From a virus (Duplodnaviria; Caudoviricetes): a DNA stretch of 37,506 nt. Under the pieces are notes generated by a model. The model had not been told where the DNA came from. It did not search any database and worked only from the letters and a program-made list of their open reading frames with translations. Below are positions 34,782-37,506 of this stretch, one piece after another (within the stretch, counting starts at the first letter, position 1; every line of letters starts with the position of its first letter). Both the position numbers and the translations under genes were made by a program. The stretch covers positions 1 through 37,506 of IMG/VR virus record IMGVR_UViG_3300039918_000045; one strand, 5' to 3'.

Positions 34782-35426
34782 ATGTCCCATACCCTTACCT
34801 TCAATTTCTGCGTCTCGTCCATTCGCGTTGTCATGCTCGACGGCAACCCGTGGTTCGTCGCAGCCGACGTTTGTTCTGCGCTGGAGATCATCAACGTGGC
34901 TCGCGCAATGTCCAGGCTGGACGATGATGAAAAGGGTGTTCACACTGTGAATACCCTTGGTGGCAACCAGCAAATGACTGTTGTGAGCGAATCGGGGCTT
35001 TACAGCTTGACGCTTACCAGTCGGAAGCCGGAGGCCAAGAAGTTCAAAAAGTGGGTAACCTCAGAAGTTCTCCCATCGATCCGCAAGACGGGCGGCTACT
35101 CGTCGACGCCTGCAGCGATGCCGCGGTATGTCATCCCTCAGCGCGATAGCCAGCACATCAACGCTCGAATTCGCCTATTCGCCGCGCCATGGCGATACTC
35201 CGGCTCCGTGCGGGCCGCACTACGTGACGCGCTGCGGGATGTCTCCGGTGCAACATCTGTGACGATGACACCCGTTGAGAGTCTTACCGCCGTCCACTCC
35301 GAGATAGAGCGCCTGGCCGAACGCAGCGAGACGGCGCTGCAATGGCTGGCCGATGCCGAGGAGCAGGCGCTAGCCTGGGTTTTCGGAAAGATTGACGTGC
35401 TCCCCGCTGCGCGCTTCCACCGATAA
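34782..35426 (+). CDS. Bro-N domain antirepressor
   Basis: IRVV..DGNPWFVAADVC.AL...TLGGNQQM..VSESGLYSL..SRKPEAKKFKKWVTSEVLPSIRKTGGY. AAGGAG RBS. Confidence 0.92.
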   Translation: MSHTLTFNFCVSSIRVVMLDGNPWFVAADVCSALEIINVARAMSRLDDDEKGVHTVNTLGGNQQMTVVSESGLYSLTLTSRKPEAKKFKKWVTSEVLPSIRKTGGYSSTPAAMPRYVIPQRDSQHINARIRLFAAPWRYSGSVRAALRDALRDVSGATSVTMTPVESLTAVHSEIERLAERSETALQWLADAEEQALAWVFGKIDVLPAARFHR

Positions 35427-35427
35427 G

Positions 35428-36054
35428 CTAGTAGCAGGACGTGACCAGCGTGCCGCCTTGCACGTGAGAAAGGCAATTCGAGCGGGCGGCGGCTGGTGCG
35501 ACGGGGTAGTTACGGAATGCATTGCCGATGCCCTGAAGCGCGCCAGCCACCGCGCCGGCACGTACGGACGCATTTGCTGCTTCCTGTTGCGTGGCGACCG
35601 CTGCTAGCGCTTCCTGCCGGCGGCGCTCGTCCTCAATCCTGGCAATGTCGCGCGATTGAGCATCAGCCTCTTTTGCAGCAGCAGAGGCCATATATTTATT
35701 GAGCGCCTCGGCGGCCTTGTATCGATATTCTTCGGGGGAAATCTTGCCCTTCGCTAGCTGCGTTTCAAGGAGCAGCCGGTATTCAAGAAGGGTGTGCAGC
35801 TCGAAATCGGATGGCATGAACTTCTTGCCGAGGGATGCCCGCCGCTCCGCTGCCTCGACTGGAGAAATACACCCCTGCGATTGGTCTGCGGCGACGATGT
35901 CTAGCGCCGCGTCGAGCGTCGTGGCCTTGTCCCACGAAGCATCCATTTGGACCGCGCACGGGGAAATCTCTTTCACCCTGCCGCTCTTCTGCTCGCTAGC
36001 CATAGCAGCGCTTGACGCTGCGGCGATGAGCGCCGCCACAATAATGCGTTTCAT
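35428..36054 (-). CDS. Exported hypothetical protein (moron, lysogenic conversion candidate)
   Basis: Signal peptide MKRIIVAALIAAASSAAMA, opposite strand to its neighbours. TATACT at 36092-36087. C-terminal C....G...SCY. Confidence 0.75.
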   Translation of the reverse strand: MKRIIVAALIAAASSAAMASEQKSGRVKEISPCAVQMDASWDKATTLDAALDIVAADQSQGCISPVEAAERRASLGKKFMPSDFELHTLLEYRLLLETQLAKGKISPEEYRYKAAEALNKYMASAAAKEADAQSRDIARIEDERRRQEALAAVATQQEAANASVRAGAVAGALQGIGNAFRNYPVAPAAARSNCLSHVQGGTLVTSCY

Positions 36055-36145
36055 GCTGGCCCCTTCTCGATTGTTGTTCTGGCAAGAGTATAGACCCTGA
36101 GCCAAAAATCCAGAGGCCCGGCCGCGCGTGCCTATGCTCACAAGC

Positions 36146-36691
36146 ATGAACGCATTCGACAAAGCTTTCGAGCACACCGTCGGCCTTGAAGGCGGCTACT
36201 CCAATAACCCTGCGGACCGTGGCGGCCCCACCATGTGGGGCATCACCGAGCGGGTGGCGCGCGCCAACGGGTACCAGGGCGCCATGCAGGCCATGCCGAT
36301 CGACATCGCTAAGGCGATCTACCGACGCCAGTACTGGGATATCAACCGGCTGGACGCCGTTGCTGCCGTGTCGGAGTCCGTCGCGCTAGAGATGTTCGAC
36401 ACCGGCGTGAACTGCGGCACCTCGGTCGCCGGACTGTTCCTGCAGCGCAGTCTGAACGTGCTGAACCGCCAGGGTAAGGACTTCGCCGACCTGCTGCCCG
36501 ACGGGGCCATCGGCCCGATGACAGTGTCGGCGCTGTCCGCCTTTGTCGCAGTGCGCGGGATTGCCGGGCACCGGGTTCTGCTGACCATGCTGAATTGCCT
36601 GCAGGGCGCCAAGTACATCGAGATCGCCGAGCGCAACCCGTCGCAGGAGGCGTTCGTCTTCGGCTGGATCTCGAGCCGCGTTTCGATCTAA
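36146..36691 (+). CDS. Endolysin, glycoside hydrolase family 108 with PG-binding domain
   Basis: EGGYSNNPADRGGPTMWGIT, FDTGVNCG, DGAIGPMT and FVFGW..R motifs. Confidence 0.95.
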   Translation: MNAFDKAFEHTVGLEGGYSNNPADRGGPTMWGITERVARANGYQGAMQAMPIDIAKAIYRRQYWDINRLDAVAAVSESVALEMFDTGVNCGTSVAGLFLQRSLNVLNRQGKDFADLLPDGAIGPMTVSALSAFVAVRGIAGHRVLLTMLNCLQGAKYIEIAERNPSQEAFVFGWISSRVSI

Positions 36692-36700
36692 GGAGCCTCC

Positions 36701-37003
36701 GTGGCAACTCTCTACATTACCGAATTTGAAGGCCGCACCCAAGGCCATGCCGGCAACATCTCCGAGGCGCTGCCGCTACCGCCAGTGGCGCAGCAGACGG
36801 TCGCCATTGGTGCCGGCAGTGTCCTGTCCGGAGCGCTGGGCGCGAGCACCCGCTATGTGCGCGTGATCGCTGACGCGGTTTGCTCGATCGACGTCGGCGT
36901 GGCGCCGGTTGCCGCAGCCACGAAGATGCGTCTTGCCGCCAATGTCCCGGAAGTGTTCAGCGTGACGCCCGGCCACAAAATCGCCGTCATCACGAACACC
37001 TGA
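36701..37003 (+). CDS. Hypothetical beta-rich protein
   Basis: AAGGAG RBS then GTG, 100 aa, located between endolysin and Rz. Confidence 0.75.
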   Translation: MATLYITEFEGRTQGHAGNISEALPLPPVAQQTVAIGAGSVLSGALGASTRYVRVIADAVCSIDVGVAPVAAATKMRLAANVPEVFSVTPGHKIAVITNT

Positions 37004-37506
37004 TGCTGCGCGACATCGTTCTACCGCCTTGGGTCAAGTGGGCAGTGCTGGCCGCTGCGGCGCTGGCGCTGTACCTGCTCGGTCGGCTGGACGGCGAGCG
37101 CATCGAGGGCGCCAAGTTCTCCGCCTATGTCGCAGAGCAGGCCAGCAAGGTGACCCAGGTTGCCCAGGCGCGCGAGCGCGTGGTGACGAAGGTCGAGATC
37201 CAGTATCGCGACCGGATCCAGATCGTCCGCGAGAAGGGCGAAACGATCGTGAAGGAGGTGCCTGTCTATGTCTCTGCTGAGACTGATCGCCGTTTTCCTG
37301 TGCCTCGCGGCTTTGTCCGCGTGCATGACGCCGCCGCCGCTGGTGAGCCTGCCGGAGCCCCCGCCGAGTCTGATGGAGAGGCCGCGGGTGTTGTCGCCTC
37401 TGCCGCCGCCGAAACCATCGCTGGCAACTACGCCGAGTGCCGCAAGTGGCGCGAGCAGGTGATCGGTTGGCAGGACTTTTACCAGCAGATCAAACGTACT
37501 GAGTAA
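37003..37506 (+). CDS. Rz: Inner-membrane spanin
   Basis: N-terminal transmembrane segment, IVKEVPVYV..D....P.GFVRVHDAAA and NYAEC motifs. TGATG coupling. Confidence 0.85.
   Translation: MLRDIVLPPWVKWAVLAAAALALYLLGRLDGERIEGAKFSAYVAEQASKVTQVAQARERVVTKVEIQYRDRIQIVREKGETIVKEVPVYVSAETDRRFPVPRGFVRVHDAAAAGEPAGAPAESDGEAAGVVASAAAETIAGNYAECRKWREQVIGWQDFYQQIKRTE
37268..37462 (+). CDS. Rz1: Outer-membrane spanin lipoprotein embedded in Rz
   Basis: Lipobox LSAC, Pro-rich mature part, AGGAGG upstream, +1 frame inside Rz. Confidence 0.85.
   Translation: MSLLRLIAVFLCLAALSACMTPPPLVSLPEPPPSLMERPRVLSPLPPPKPSLATTPSAASGASR

Noticed and set aside
35684-35700. GGCCATATATTTAT, an operator-like sequence
   Set aside because: Three mismatches, inside a CDS, with no promoter or 22-bp partner recognised.
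1-37506. Integrase, att sites, tRNA, CRISPR, IS elements
   Set aside because: None recognisable. The window begins at the ssb stop and ends at the Rz stop, so integration functions probably lie outside it.

Overview
A GC-rich temperate podophage (prophage) genome segment. The SSB sequence points to a Burkholderiaceae-type betaproteobacterial host (inference). Gene order: leftward ssb and Sak/Rad52-like recombinase; divergent XRE repressor (no peptidase domain) and Cro-like gene; replication initiator with iterons and a loader-like gene; a nin-like mosaic region; terS/terL, portal, scaffold, a Gp49-family (possible Acb4) gene and major capsid; two tail fibres, holins, P22/T7-like tail parts and ejection proteins; a 2185-aa polyvalent protein; a C4-RNA-controlled Bro-N antirepressor; a moron; GH108 endolysin; Rz/Rz1. 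No integrase, tRNA, CRISPR array or reverse transcriptase was seen. The most notable features are non-coding or hidden. (1) Two tandem ~90-nt structured RNA units with conserved boxes and fixed-length variable segments are encoded antisense inside the giant gene, directly after its PBECR-type RNase domain, with their own -10 box. (2) A probable overprinted +1-frame gene lies just before that domain. (3) A second C4-like antisense cloverleaf sits in front of the replication gene. (4) About 16 dispersed 14-bp operators occur, mostly in pairs exactly 22 bp apart. (5) A ~280-nt capsid leader carries periodic GTCG boxes. All structures were folded by eye, and no database searches were run.
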